Assembly (NCBI GenBank): GCA_964429215.1
Contig: CAYSAY010000001.1
Location: forward strand, 27,931 to 91,930
DNA from: an uncultured Gammaproteobacteria bacterium
GTDB lineage: Bacteria > Patescibacteriota > Microgenomatia > UBA8517
DNA: 64,000 nt
Reading direction: 5' to 3'
Below, in pieces: positions 47,801 to 57,444 of the stretch. The translations under genes and the position numbers were made by a program. The notes below the pieces were generated by a model, which saw nothing but the letters and a program-made list of their open reading frames with translations, searched no databases and was not told the DNA's origin. Position 1 is the first letter of the stretch; each line of letters starts with the position of its first letter.

Positions 47801-48564
47801 GAACACAGCTTACACTTAAGACTAAACACGCAGCTGGAGTATTTGGTGTACTTGACGTTACACAAGGACTTCCAAGAGTTGAAGAGTTGGTTGAAGCAAG
47901 AACACCTAAAGTAGTTTCATCTATATCTGAAATTTCTGGAAAAGCAGTTGTATCTGAGACAGAAGAAGGATATAGAGTTGTAGTGAGATCAACAGGAAAA
48001 ATAAAAGAAGAAAGAGAATATATATTACCAAAGACTCTTGAACTTGCAGTAAAAGATGGACAAGTTATTGAAGCTGGTACACCACTTTCATTTGGTCCTC
48101 TTGATATCAAAGATATATTGGCAATAAATGGATTAAGACCAGCTCAAGAATATCTAGTTTCAGAACTTCAAAAAGTTTATGAATCTCAAGGTATTGGTAT
48201 TAATGACAAACATTTTGAAGTTATTGCAAGAAAGATGAGTGATGAAGTTAGGGTTGTGACAGCTGGAGACACACAATTTTTACCAGGTGAACTTTCAAGC
48301 AGAGCAACTTTTGAAAGTGAAAATGAAAAGACTTTGGCAGAAGGTGGAGAACCATCATCAGCATCACAAACAATATTAGGTATAACTAGAAGATCACTTT
48401 ATACAGAATCATGGTTGTCAGCTGCATCATTTGAACAAACTACTGATGTATTAACTGAAAGTTCACTTATGGCAAGAGAAGATAAACTATTGGGTCTTAA
48501 AGAGAACGTTATAATAGGTAGACTTATTCCAGTAACAGCTGAGAAAGCTTTGATTAAAAATTAA
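44833..48564 (+). CDS. rpoC: DNA-directed RNA polymerase subunit beta'
   Basis: 1243 aa. Zn finger [20 protein letters not shown] and NADFDGDQM. Confidence 0.97.
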   Translation: [1243 protein letters not shown]

Positions 48565-48567
48565 ATT

Positions 48568-48993
48568 ATGCCAACTGCAAATCAATTAGTAAAACATGGA
48601 AGAACTGCAAATAAAAAGAAGTCAAAGACAACTTCTTTAAAAAAGTGGTTTAATGCAAAGGATCGAGAATTTGGAGAGAATTCATCTCCATTTAAAAGAG
48701 GAGTAGTTTTAACTGTTAGAACTATGACTCCTAGAAAACCTAATTCAGCACTTCGAAAAGTTGCAAGAGTAAGGCTTTCAAACAAACAAGAAGTAACAGT
48801 TTATATTCCAGGAGAGGGACATGAACTTGCAGAACATTCAGTCGTACTTGTAAGAGGTGGTAAGATTAAAGACTTAGCCGGTGTAAAGTACACAATAGTT
48901 AGAGGAAAATTGGATACAACTGGAGTAAGTGGTAGAAAGAACGGAAGAAGTAGATATGGTGTTAAGAAAGACGCAGTAGTAGGAAAGAAATAA
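48568..48993 (+). CDS. rpsL: 30S ribosomal protein S12
   Basis: [12 protein letters not shown]...[15 protein letters not shown]. Confidence 0.95.
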   Translation: MPTANQLVKHGRTANKKKSKTTSLKKWFNAKDREFGENSSPFKRGVVLTVRTMTPRKPNSALRKVARVRLSNKQEVTVYIPGEGHELAEHSVVLVRGGKIKDLAGVKYTIVRGKLDTTGVSGRKNGRSRYGVKKDAVVGKK

Positions 48994-49007
48994 TTTAATA
49001 AAAATAT

Positions 49008-49487
49008 ATGCCAAGAAAAGGACCAGCAAGAAAAAGAATGGTAGAGGTAGATCCTCTTTATGAGAGTCGCTTAATAGCGAAGCTTATAAATAGGAGTATG
49101 TATGATGGTAAAAAATCAGTTGCTCAAAAGGAAATTTATAGCGCCTTGACAATAATTGCTGAAAAAACCAAAGAAGATCCAACAACTATTTTTGAAAGAG
49201 CAATTGAAAACATCAAACCTGAAATGGAAGTTAGAGCTAAAAGAGTTGGTGGAGCAGCGTATCAAGTTCCAATGCAGGTTAGAGGAGAAAGAAAAGAATC
49301 ATTAGCAATAAGATGGTTAGTTGCTGCAGCAAGAGCAAAGAGTAATTCAGAATTCCACACATATGGTGAAAAAATGGCACAAGAACTAATGGATGCTGCA
49401 AAAGGTGAAGGCGGAGCAGTAAGAAAAAGACAAGAGATGGAAAAGCAGGCAGAAGCGAATAAAGCGTTTAGTCACTTCAAGTGGTAA
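49008..49487 (+). CDS. rpsG: 30S ribosomal protein S7
   Basis: MPRKGPARKR... Confidence 0.95.
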   Translation: MPRKGPARKRMVEVDPLYESRLIAKLINRSMYDGKKSVAQKEIYSALTIIAEKTKEDPTTIFERAIENIKPEMEVRAKRVGGAAYQVPMQVRGERKESLAIRWLVAAARAKSNSEFHTYGEKMAQELMDAAKGEGGAVRKRQEMEKQAEANKAFSHFKW

Positions 49488-49593
49488 TTTAGGGCTAATA
49501 ATCTTCAATTGTTCATTTTTTTAATTTAACTCAATTCTTCTTTGCTTGTCCAAAGAAGAAATTGGAAGAAGAAAAGACACACCTGCCAAAATA

Positions 49594-49626
49594 TTGAGTT
49601 CAATTTACTCAACTCATTTTTGTTTG
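49594..49626 (+). terminator. Intrinsic terminator after rpsG
   Basis: tgagtt-N10-aactca followed by tttttgtttg. Confidence 0.45.
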
Positions 49627-49771
49627 TATGACTCCTTCGGGTCAAGCCCTCGTCGGGCAGATGCAAACATTTTAATTGAATTGACTTGGTAAACTGAAAT
49701 CAAATTTTAGAAGGTGGAAAATAAATTCATAATTGAATTTTGACCAGTGAGAGTGTAATATCAGCTTCATT

Positions 49772-50086
49772 ATGCCATTTGAATTTTCACGCAATTATGG
49801 ACCTACTAAAGGTAAACTTAAAACTGTTCAATCTGGATTAATAGTATTACCTGGCAAAAAGGAAATTTTATTAGAAGAAGCAACACATGTCGGGCATGGT
49901 CAAATTTTTGATAGTGTAACCGTTAGGGGAAGAGGAATTTGGATTAATAGGGGGCATGTTGATAAAGGGAATGACAAACCAATAATTAAAAGAGGTGGAC
50001 GTCATGCTTTACTAAAGAGAGGTGAAACAGTAATCGTTAATTTTGATGGTCTTGAAAAAGAGGTTGAAATTACTAGTGTCAATTAA
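49772..50086 (+). CDS. Hypothetical 104-aa protein inserted between rpsG and fusA
   Basis: Basic, with a beta-rich pattern (KRGGRHALLKRGETVIVNFDG). I recognise no family. Confidence 0.35.
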   Translation: MPFEFSRNYGPTKGKLKTVQSGLIVLPGKKEILLEEATHVGHGQIFDSVTVRGRGIWINRGHVDKGNDKPIIKRGGRHALLKRGETVIVNFDGLEKEVEITSVN

Positions 50087-50151
50087 TAATATCCATTGAA
50101 TTGATTTCATACCTCTGTTACAATCACTCTTGCTCCTAAGGAGTTTTTAAA

Positions 50152-52320
50152 ATGGCAGAAGAAGCAAAGAAAAAGTCCGCAATGGTTATGACGGCTACCA
50201 AAGACCGTAATGTTTCGTTGGACAAAATTCGAAATTTAGGAATCATTGCTCACATTGATGCAGGTAAAACTACAACAACAGAAAGACTACTTTTTGAAAC
50301 AGGTAGAACTTATAAGCAAGGATCTGTTGATGATGGAACTACAGTTACTGACTGGATGGTTCAAGAAAGAGAAAGAGGAATTACAATTGTCTCAGCTGCA
50401 ATCACAGCATTCTGGGATTTACAACAAGAAGCATCTGTAGAAAAAGGGCACTACAGAATTAATTTAATTGATACCCCAGGACACATTGATTTTACTGCTG
50501 AAGTTGAGAGATCTCTTCGCGTATTGGATGGAGCTTTAATGGTCTTTGACGGTAGAACTGGTGTTGAATCACAATCTGAAACTGTTTGGAGACAAGCTGA
50601 TAAATACAAAGTTCCTAGAATTTGTGTACTGAATAAACTTAATTTAATAGGTGCTGACTTTGATGGTTCTATTGCCTCAATCAGAGAAAGACTAAAGGCC
50701 AACGCTTCTCCTGTTACTTACCCAATTGGTCAAGAACATGCACATCGTGGAGTAATTGACCTTATCAAGATGAAAGCCTTTACATATAAAGCAGTTGAGG
50801 ATGCAAAATTAACTGAAGAAGAAATTCCAGCTGATCTTCTTGAAACTGCCAAGAAATATAGAGGAGAATTACTTGATGCTATTTCTGAATTTGATGATGA
50901 TACACTAGCTAAATATTTAGAAGGTGTAGAACCAACTGAGGTAGAAATTAAAAGAGCAATTAGAAAAGGTGTTATAACCGGTAAATTCTTCCCAGTCTTT
51001 GGTGGAGATAACAGATCTGCAGAGTCCCAACTTTTACTTGATGGTGTAGTCCAATACTTACCATCCCCAATCGATCTTGAACCAATTGAAGGAACTAATG
51101 CAAAGACAGGCGAAATTGAGCACAGAGAAAGAAATAATGAAGCTCCATTTTCAGGTATAGCTTTTAAAGTTGTTACAGATCCACATGTAGGAAGGCTTCT
51201 TTATGTTAGAGTTTACTCAGGAATATTAAAGACTGGTCAGACTGTTTATAATGCAAATAAACAAATTTCAGAAAGAATAGGAAAACTTGTTCTACTTCAT
51301 GCTGATCAAAGAGAACTAATTGAAGAAGCATATGCAGGAGAAATAGTTGCAGTTGTCGGTATGAAAGATACAACTACAGGTCACACTATTTGTGATCCAG
51401 CACATCCTATCCATTTGGAGTCAATTAATTTCCCAGAGCCAGTTATTTCTCTTGCAATTGAACCTGCAACAAAGGCTGATCAAGAGAAGATGGGCTTGGC
51501 ATTAAACAAACTTTCTGATGAAGATCCAACATTTAGAATTAAGAGTAATCCTGAAACAGGTCAAACTATTATTGCAGGAATGGGAGAGCTTCAACTTGAA
51601 GTTTTAGTAGATAGAATGAAAAGAGAGTTTAATGTTGTTGCAAATACTGGAGCTCCACAAGTTGCTTATAAAGAAACAATTAAGAAATATGCAGAAGGTG
51701 AAGGAAAGTATATAAGACAAACTGGTGGTCGTGGACAATATGGGCACTGTCTTATCAAGGTTGAACCTCGTGGACGTGGTGAAGGTTTTGAATTTAAATC
51801 TGAAATTAAAGGTGGAGCAATCCCACAAGAATATATTCCAGCAATTGAAAAGGGTATTAGAGAGAAACTTGAAAATGGTATTATGGCAGGTTATCCAATG
51901 GTTGATGTCCGCGCAATTGTTTATGATGGATCCTATCATGATATTGATTCTTCAGAAATGTCCTTTAAGATTGCAGGTTCCTTAGGTGTTGAAGATGCTA
52001 TAAAGAAGGCTGATATGTGCCTTCTTGAGCCTATTATGAAGGTTGAGGTATTTACCCCAGCTGAATATATGGGAGACGTCATGGGAGATTTGTCTAGTAA
52101 GAGAGCACAAATTTCAGGAACTGAAGAAAAAGCAGGAGAAACTGTTGTTCTTGCAACTGCACCACTTGCAGAACTATCAGGTTACGCAACAAAATTAAGA
52201 TCACTTACACAAGGAAGAGCAAGAGCCTTTGTAGAACCTTCTCATTATGAAGAAGTTCCAAGCCACATTGCAGCACAAATAGTTGCAAAAGCTGGAAAAG
52301 TTGAGATGGTTAGAGGATAA
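50152..52320 (+). CDS. fusA: Elongation factor G
   Basis: AHIDAGKTTTTE, DTPGH and 722 aa. Confidence 0.95.
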   Translation: MAEEAKKKSAMVMTATKDRNVSLDKIRNLGIIAHIDAGKTTTTERLLFETGRTYKQGSVDDGTTVTDWMVQERERGITIVSAAITAFWDLQQEASVEKGHYRINLIDTPGHIDFTAEVERSLRVLDGALMVFDGRTGVESQSETVWRQADKYKVPRICVLNKLNLIGADFDGSIASIRERLKANASPVTYPIGQEHAHRGVIDLIKMKAFTYKAVEDAKLTEEEIPADLLETAKKYRGELLDAISEFDDDTLAKYLEGVEPTEVEIKRAIRKGVITGKFFPVFGGDNRSAESQLLLDGVVQYLPSPIDLEPIEGTNAKTGEIEHRERNNEAPFSGIAFKVVTDPHVGRLLYVRVYSGILKTGQTVYNANKQISERIGKLVLLHADQRELIEEAYAGEIVAVVGMKDTTTGHTICDPAHPIHLESINFPEPVISLAIEPATKADQEKMGLALNKLSDEDPTFRIKSNPETGQTIIAGMGELQLEVLVDRMKREFNVVANTGAPQVAYKETIKKYAEGEGKYIRQTGGRGQYGHCLIKVEPRGRGEGFEFKSEIKGGAIPQEYIPAIEKGIREKLENGIMAGYPMVDVRAIVYDGSYHDIDSSEMSFKIAGSLGVEDAIKKADMCLLEPIMKVEVFTPAEYMGDVMGDLSSKRAQISGTEEKAGETVVLATAPLAELSGYATKLRSLTQGRARAFVEPSHYEEVPSHIAAQIVAKAGKVEMVRG

Positions 52321-52342
52321 GCTTCACTTCGTGAAATTTTTA

Positions 52343-52388
52343 ATTTTCAATTTCCAATTTTCAATTAATTCTCAATTATTCAATTTTT
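52343..52388. repeat. Short tandem array of (t)tcaatt units
   Basis: ttttcaatttccaattttcaattaattctcaattattcaattttt. Confidence 0.7.
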
Positions 52389-52495
52389 AAATCAACATAT
52401 TTCAGCCAGTTTTCCATTTACTTTTGCAAAACACCACATAAATATATTTTAGCATTTTTTTGATTTTTTAAGTTTGCCATGCTACACTCTTTCGA

Positions 52496-52849
52496 ATGAA
52501 AATTTTAGTTATTGAGGATAATGAAATTGCTCGCATGGCTATTGCAGCTTTTCTTAGAGGCCATGAAATCGAGTTAGCTTCTACTTTAAATGATGGTCTT
52601 GAAGGCCTTAAAAAAGAACCTGATTTAGTAATCACTGATTGGAATTTAGGTAATGATACAAATACTGCAGACATTGTTGATTATTGTTTGGAAAAAGGAA
52701 TTAGAGTTGTAATTCAAACTGGCAGTCCATTTGCAGACGATTTAGATGAAATGAGAAGTCGAGGCATAGAAATTATACATAAATTAGATTTACGCAACGA
52801 AATAAAAGGTAACATTGAAAATATCGGTAAATCTGGCGTTGAACGCTGA
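52496..52849 (+). CDS. Stand-alone response-regulator receiver (CheY-like) domain protein
   Basis: IEDNE acidic pocket, phospho-acceptor D in LVITDWNL, T in VIQTG and K in IIHKLD. Confidence 0.65.
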   Translation: MKILVIEDNEIARMAIAAFLRGHEIELASTLNDGLEGLKKEPDLVITDWNLGNDTNTADIVDYCLEKGIRVVIQTGSPFADDLDEMRSRGIEIIHKLDLRNEIKGNIENIGKSGVER

Positions 52850-52857
52850 TTTACCCG

Positions 52858-52887
52858 TTGACAGATAGAAACAATATAAAATATAAT
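52858..52887 (+). promoter_or_regulatory. tuf promoter (TTGACA-18-TATAAT)
   Basis: TTGACA at 52858-52863 and TATAAT at 52882-52887. A second aaaatataatacaa copy lies about 50 bp downstream. Confidence 0.5.
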
Positions 52888-52950
52888 ACAATCTCTTGAG
52901 GCAGAAAGATGCCTCTTGTTTATTGAAGAGTAACAAAATATAATACAACT

Positions 52951-54153
52951 ATGGCAGCAGATACAAAACAAAAATTTGATAGAACAAAGACCCATTTAAA
53001 CATTGGTACAATTGGTCACGTTGATCACGGCAAGACCACATTAACAGCTGCTATTACTACAGTACTTGCAAAAAATTTCCCAGGCGGTGTAAACAAAGCT
53101 TATGCCTTTGACCAAATCGATTCAGCTCCAGAAGAAAAACAAAGAGGAGTTACTATCAACATTGCTCACGTTGAATACGAAACAGCAAAAAGACACTATG
53201 CTCATATCGATGCTCCAGGTCATGCTGACTATATCAAGAACATGATTACAGGTGCAGCACAAATGGACGGAGCAATATTGGTTGTTTCAGCTCCAGATGG
53301 ACCAATGCCTCAAACAAGAGAACATGTAATTCTTGCAAGACAAGTTAACGTCCCATGTTTAATGGTCGCATTAAACAAATGTGACGCAATGGATGATCCA
53401 GAACTTTTGGAATTAGTTGAAGCAGATATTAGAGAATTATTAAACAAATATCAATTCCCAGGAGACACAACCCCAATTGTCAGAGTTTCAGCTCTTAAAG
53501 CTCTTGAAGGTGATGCAGAAGCAGAAAAAGGAATCTTAAAGTTGATGGAAACTGCAGATGAATTTATCCCAGATCCAGTAAGAGATACAGAAAAACCATT
53601 CTTAATGCCTGTTGAAGACGTATTCTCAATTTCAGGAAGAGGAACAGTTGTTACTGGAAGAGTTGAAAGAGGAGTAATCAAAGTTAATGAAGAAATCGAA
53701 ATCATTGGTATTAAAGCAACTGTAAAATCAGTTGTTACAGGTCTTGAAATGTTTAGAAAGTTACTTGATTCTGCAATGGCAGGAGACAATGTAGGTGTTC
53801 TTTTAAGAGGAATAGATAAAGAAGCTGTTGAAAGAGGACAAGTTTTAGCAAAAACAGGTACAGTTACACCACATACCGAGTTCGAAGCTGAAGTTTATAT
53901 CTTAAGCAAAGATGAAGGTGGAAGACACACACCATTCTTTACAGGTTACAAACCACAATTCTTTATTAGAACAGCAGATATTACAGGAGATGTTAAACTT
54001 GCAGAAGGTGTAGAAATGGTTATGCCAGGAGATTCAGCTAAGATGACAGTTAAACTTATTGTACCTATTGCTATGGAAGAAGGATTAAGATTCGCAATTC
54101 GAGAAGGTGGTCACACAGTAGGTGCTGGAGTTATCACCAAAATCATAGCTTAA
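52951..54153 (+). CDS. tuf: Elongation factor Tu
   Basis: [23 protein letters not shown] and 400 aa. Confidence 0.97.
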   Translation: MAADTKQKFDRTKTHLNIGTIGHVDHGKTTLTAAITTVLAKNFPGGVNKAYAFDQIDSAPEEKQRGVTINIAHVEYETAKRHYAHIDAPGHADYIKNMITGAAQMDGAILVVSAPDGPMPQTREHVILARQVNVPCLMVALNKCDAMDDPELLELVEADIRELLNKYQFPGDTTPIVRVSALKALEGDAEAEKGILKLMETADEFIPDPVRDTEKPFLMPVEDVFSISGRGTVVTGRVERGVIKVNEEIEIIGIKATVKSVVTGLEMFRKLLDSAMAGDNVGVLLRGIDKEAVERGQVLAKTGTVTPHTEFEAEVYILSKDEGGRHTPFFTGYKPQFFIRTADITGDVKLAEGVEMVMPGDSAKMTVKLIVPIAMEEGLRFAIREGGHTVGAGVITKIIA

Positions 54154-54183
54154 GAGTCTCGCACCCTGATTTAGAATATAACT

Positions 54184-54486
54184 ATGCAAAGATTAAGAGT
54201 TAAGCTTAAAGCTTACGATCATAGAGTTATAGACGAAGCAGCAACTAAAATAATAGATGCAGCACTATCTTCAGGTGCAAAAATTTCAGGACCAACCCCA
54301 CTTCCAACAGAGAGAACAATGATGTCTGTTAAAGAATCCCCTTTTACTGATAAAGATGCACAAGAACATTATGAAGTTTTAATTCACAAAAGAATAATTG
54401 ATATTAATGACCCAACTCCAAGAACTGTTGATGCCCTTTCAAACCTCGACCTTCCAGCAGGAGTCAGTATTGAAATAAAAATGTAA
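54184..54486 (+). CDS. rpsJ: 30S ribosomal protein S10
   Basis: MQRLRVKLKAYDHRVIDEA... Confidence 0.95.
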   Translation: MQRLRVKLKAYDHRVIDEAATKIIDAALSSGAKISGPTPLPTERTMMSVKESPFTDKDAQEHYEVLIHKRIIDINDPTPRTVDALSNLDLPAGVSIEIKM

Positions 54487-54495
54487 TCCAATCCT

Positions 54496-54765
54496 ATGGG
54501 TGAAAGAGATAAAAAAGACTATTTAATTTCTAATAAAGAAAGAAAAAAGGTAGATAGTGGACTTTTTATGGGACGTATAGCAATTGCACTTGGTTATTTG
54601 GAGGGCATCAGAACTAAAGGGGTTACTTTAAACGAGTACCACAAAACATTTATGTCTACGTTAGACGGTACGGATTATGAAGCTTATTCTAAAATGCATA
54701 CGAGTGTATATGATTTTTTAAAGAAAAACGCTAAATTTTTTAAAATTAAAGTTGGAGAAGACTAA
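54496..54765 (+). CDS. Hypothetical 89-aa protein between rpsJ and rplC
   Basis: No recognised motif. Followed by an intrinsic terminator. Confidence 0.3.
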   Translation: MGERDKKDYLISNKERKKVDSGLFMGRIAIALGYLEGIRTKGVTLNEYHKTFMSTLDGTDYEAYSKMHTSVYDFLKKNAKFFKIKVGED

Positions 54766-54788
54766 TATTGAAAGGAATTATTAAATTC

Positions 54789-54828
54789 AAGATGAAGTAT
54801 GTTGTTTTCTTTCTTCATCTTTTTTTAA
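54789..54828 (+). terminator. Rho-independent terminator (aagatgaag-loop-cttcatctt plus T6)
   Basis: 9-bp stem followed by ttttttaata. Confidence 0.6.
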
Positions 54829-54982
54829 TATTGTTGCGGCAACTTCAGCAGCTTTATCGTGCTTAACAAGTAACACAGGTGCTTCCCCGGAATTCTTACC
54901 TGCTAGAGTTGGGACTTTAACTAATGCTACTGTTTCCTTTTCATTTGTCATCTTGTGCGTATTATACATTGAAAGCGTTGCT

Positions 54983-55010
54983 TGATACAATCAGATTAGT
55001 TTGATATAAT
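54983..55010 (+). promoter_or_regulatory. Promoter for the rplC cluster (TTGATA-16-TATAAT)
   Basis: TTGATA at 54983-54988 and TATAAT at 55005-55010. Confidence 0.5.
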
Positions 55011-55073
55011 TCACCCTTAGAATCATGATGATGACATCTAGTGGTTTTTTGGCCTTATTAAAGTCTCTAACAA

Positions 55074-55787
55074 ATGAATACATTATTTGGAACAAAAGGA
55101 ACAATGACACAAACCTTCATAGAAGGGTATAGAGTTCCTGTCACAAAAGTTACCCTAGGACCTTGCACAGTACTTCAGATTAAAACTTTAGAAAAAGATG
55201 GTTACTGGGCAATGCAATTAGGTTTTGGAACTAAAAAAGTTAAGAATACTTCAAAAGCACTTCAGGGACACACCAAACAAACAAATACAACTCCAAGATA
55301 TATTAAAGAGATAAAGTTAAAGTCAGAACCAAAGTTTGCAGTTGGAGATGTTATTAAAGTATCAGATATTTTTAAGAAAGGTGATGTTGTTTCTGTTACT
55401 GCTGTTAACAAGGGTAAAGGCTTTGCAGGTGGCGTTAGAAGATTTAATTTTAGAGGTGGACCAAAGACTCATGGACAAAGTGATCGCCATAGAGCTCCTG
55501 GATCAATTGGACAGACCACAACACCAGGTAGAGTTTATAAAGGTAAGAGAATGGCAGGAAGAATGGGTGGCGTTCAAATTACTATTAAAAACCTTCATAT
55601 ATTATCAGTTGATAATGAAACAAACACAGCTTTACTTTCAAGCCCAATTCCAGGAAGAGTTGGAATATTTTTGACAGTAAACAAAATTAAATCTGGATCT
55701 TTGAAAGATTTGGAACACGAAGTAGTAGCACAAGTCGTAGAGAGCGAAGCACCAGTAGAAACAAAGGAGGTAACAGTTGAAAGCTAA
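55074..55787 (+). CDS. rplC: 50S ribosomal protein L3
   Basis: Sequence and synteny. Confidence 0.93.
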   Translation: MNTLFGTKGTMTQTFIEGYRVPVTKVTLGPCTVLQIKTLEKDGYWAMQLGFGTKKVKNTSKALQGHTKQTNTTPRYIKEIKLKSEPKFAVGDVIKVSDIFKKGDVVSVTAVNKGKGFAGGVRRFNFRGGPKTHGQSDRHRAPGSIGQTTTPGRVYKGKRMAGRMGGVQITIKNLHILSVDNETNTALLSSPIPGRVGIFLTVNKIKSGSLKDLEHEVVAQVVESEAPVETKEVTVES

Positions 55788-56385
55788 GTCATATACAATT
55801 AAAGGTACTGCTAAAGAAGATGTTACTCTTCCTAAAGAGTATAATCTTGATCGTTCAGTAAGCTTAATAAAGCAGGCAGTTAGGGTTTATGAAGATGGAA
55901 CTCACTTTGGTTTGGCTAGAGTTAAGACAAGAACAGAAGTGAACGTTTCAAGAAGGAAAATTTACAAACAAAAAGGAACAGGTGGAGCAAGACATGGTGC
56001 TAAATCTGCACCAATTTTCGTCGGTGGAGGAGTTGCCCATGGACCAAAAGGAGTAAAAAGATTTTTGAGCTTACCTATTAAAATGAAGAGATTGGCGTTT
56101 TTATTAGCTCTTTCTAAAAAGGTAGCTTCTAAAAAAGCAATTATTGTAGAAGGACTTGGAAAAGTTAAAAAGACAAAAGAAGCAAATGAAGCTATAATGG
56201 CTTTGAAAAAAGTAGCTGATATAAAATCAAAAGTATTAGTAGTTCTTTCAACTGCAAGCTATGACAAAGCTAAGTTTTTTAAAAATATTAAAGATTGTGA
56301 AGTTAGAAACTTTAATGATTTGAATGCCTTTTTAGTTGTTAGAAAAAGTTTGATATTAATTGATAGTGAAGTGTTTAGAAAATAA
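55777..56385 (+). CDS. rplD: 50S ribosomal protein L4
   Basis: Sequence and synteny. Confidence 0.9.
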   Translation: MKAKSYTIKGTAKEDVTLPKEYNLDRSVSLIKQAVRVYEDGTHFGLARVKTRTEVNVSRRKIYKQKGTGGARHGAKSAPIFVGGGVAHGPKGVKRFLSLPIKMKRLAFLLALSKKVASKKAIIVEGLGKVKKTKEANEAIMALKKVADIKSKVLVVLSTASYDKAKFFKNIKDCEVRNFNDLNAFLVVRKSLILIDSEVFRK

Positions 56386-56386
56386 T

Positions 56387-56680
56387 ATGAAATTTATACC
56401 TATATTTACAGAAAAGAGCATGAATCAATCCAAGAATGGACAATATTCATTTTGGGTTTTACCTGAATTTAACAAAAATCAGATTAAAAATTATTTAGAG
56501 ACAGCATTTGATGTAAAAATTGCAGATATAAAAACAATTAATTATAAAAAAATGATTGGTAGGTCTCAAAGAGGAATTGTAAAAACTATATCAGCAAAGA
56601 AGAAAGTATTGGTTACCTTAAAATCAGGAAAGATAGAATTGTTTGATACTGAAACAAAAGAAAAAGGAGCTAAGAAATAA
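56387..56680 (+). CDS. rplW: 50S ribosomal protein L23
   Basis: MKFIPIFTEKSM.... The start is trimmed from the ORF-track start at 56360. Confidence 0.85.
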   Translation: MKFIPIFTEKSMNQSKNGQYSFWVLPEFNKNQIKNYLETAFDVKIADIKTINYKKMIGRSQRGIVKTISAKKKVLVTLKSGKIELFDTETKEKGAKK

Positions 56681-56681
56681 A

Positions 56682-57440
56682 ATGTTGAAACTTAAATCAA
56701 TTTTAAAGAAACATTCTGGAAGAAGTGGAGGAACTGTCACAGTTAGACATCAAGGTGGACGTGCAAAACGATTTTTAAGAACTATTGACTTTAAAAGAGT
56801 TAAAAAAGATTTGTGGGCTAAAGTTGAGGCTATTGAATATGATCCAAATCGAAACGCAAGGATCGCAAGATTGGTTTATGCAGATGGTCAAAGATCGTAT
56901 ATAATAGCACCAGTCGGTTTAGTTGAGGGGATGAAGGTTATCGCGTCAAGTGATGCTCCACTCGAAATAGGTAATTGTTTACCAATTTCTAGAATTCCAG
57001 TAGGAACTGGTGTTCACAATATAGAAATTAGACCTGGAAAAGGCGGACAAATAGCAAGAGGTGCTGGAATAATGGCATTTATCTTTGGAAAAGATGAAAC
57101 ATCCGTTCTTATTAAAATGCCATCTGGAGAAATAAGAAGATTTGATCCAACATGTACAGCAGTTATTGGGCAAGTTGGAAATATCGACGATAAAAACAAA
57201 AAGTTAAGAAAAGCAGGTGCATCTAGGTGGAGAGGTATAAGACCTAGTGTAAGAGGTGTTGCAATGCATCCTGATGCACATCCACATGGTGGAGGAGAAG
57301 GTCGAAGCGGTGTTGGACTTAAGTATCCAAAGACACCTTGGGGTAAGAAAGCAGTAGGAAAGACTAGAAGTCCAAGAAAATATTCGGATGGTGTAATAAT
57401 TACAGGTAGAAAAAGAGGAAAGGCTGGTTTAACAAAATAA
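56682..57440 (+). CDS. rplB: 50S ribosomal protein L2
   Basis: [19 protein letters not shown] and HPHGGGEGR. Confidence 0.93.
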   Translation: MLKLKSILKKHSGRSGGTVTVRHQGGRAKRFLRTIDFKRVKKDLWAKVEAIEYDPNRNARIARLVYADGQRSYIIAPVGLVEGMKVIASSDAPLEIGNCLPISRIPVGTGVHNIEIRPGKGGQIARGAGIMAFIFGKDETSVLIKMPSGEIRRFDPTCTAVIGQVGNIDDKNKKLRKAGASRWRGIRPSVRGVAMHPDAHPHGGGEGRSGVGLKYPKTPWGKKAVGKTRSPRKYSDGVIITGRKRGKAGLTK

Positions 57441-57444
57441 TTAT

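Noticed and set aside
54787-54990. 67-aa minus-strand ORF between rpsJ and rplC
   Set aside because: It overlaps a plus-strand intrinsic terminator at its 3' end and the rplC promoter at its 5' end. It is the only minus-strand ORF in more than 50 kb and has no recognisable features, so it is probably spurious.
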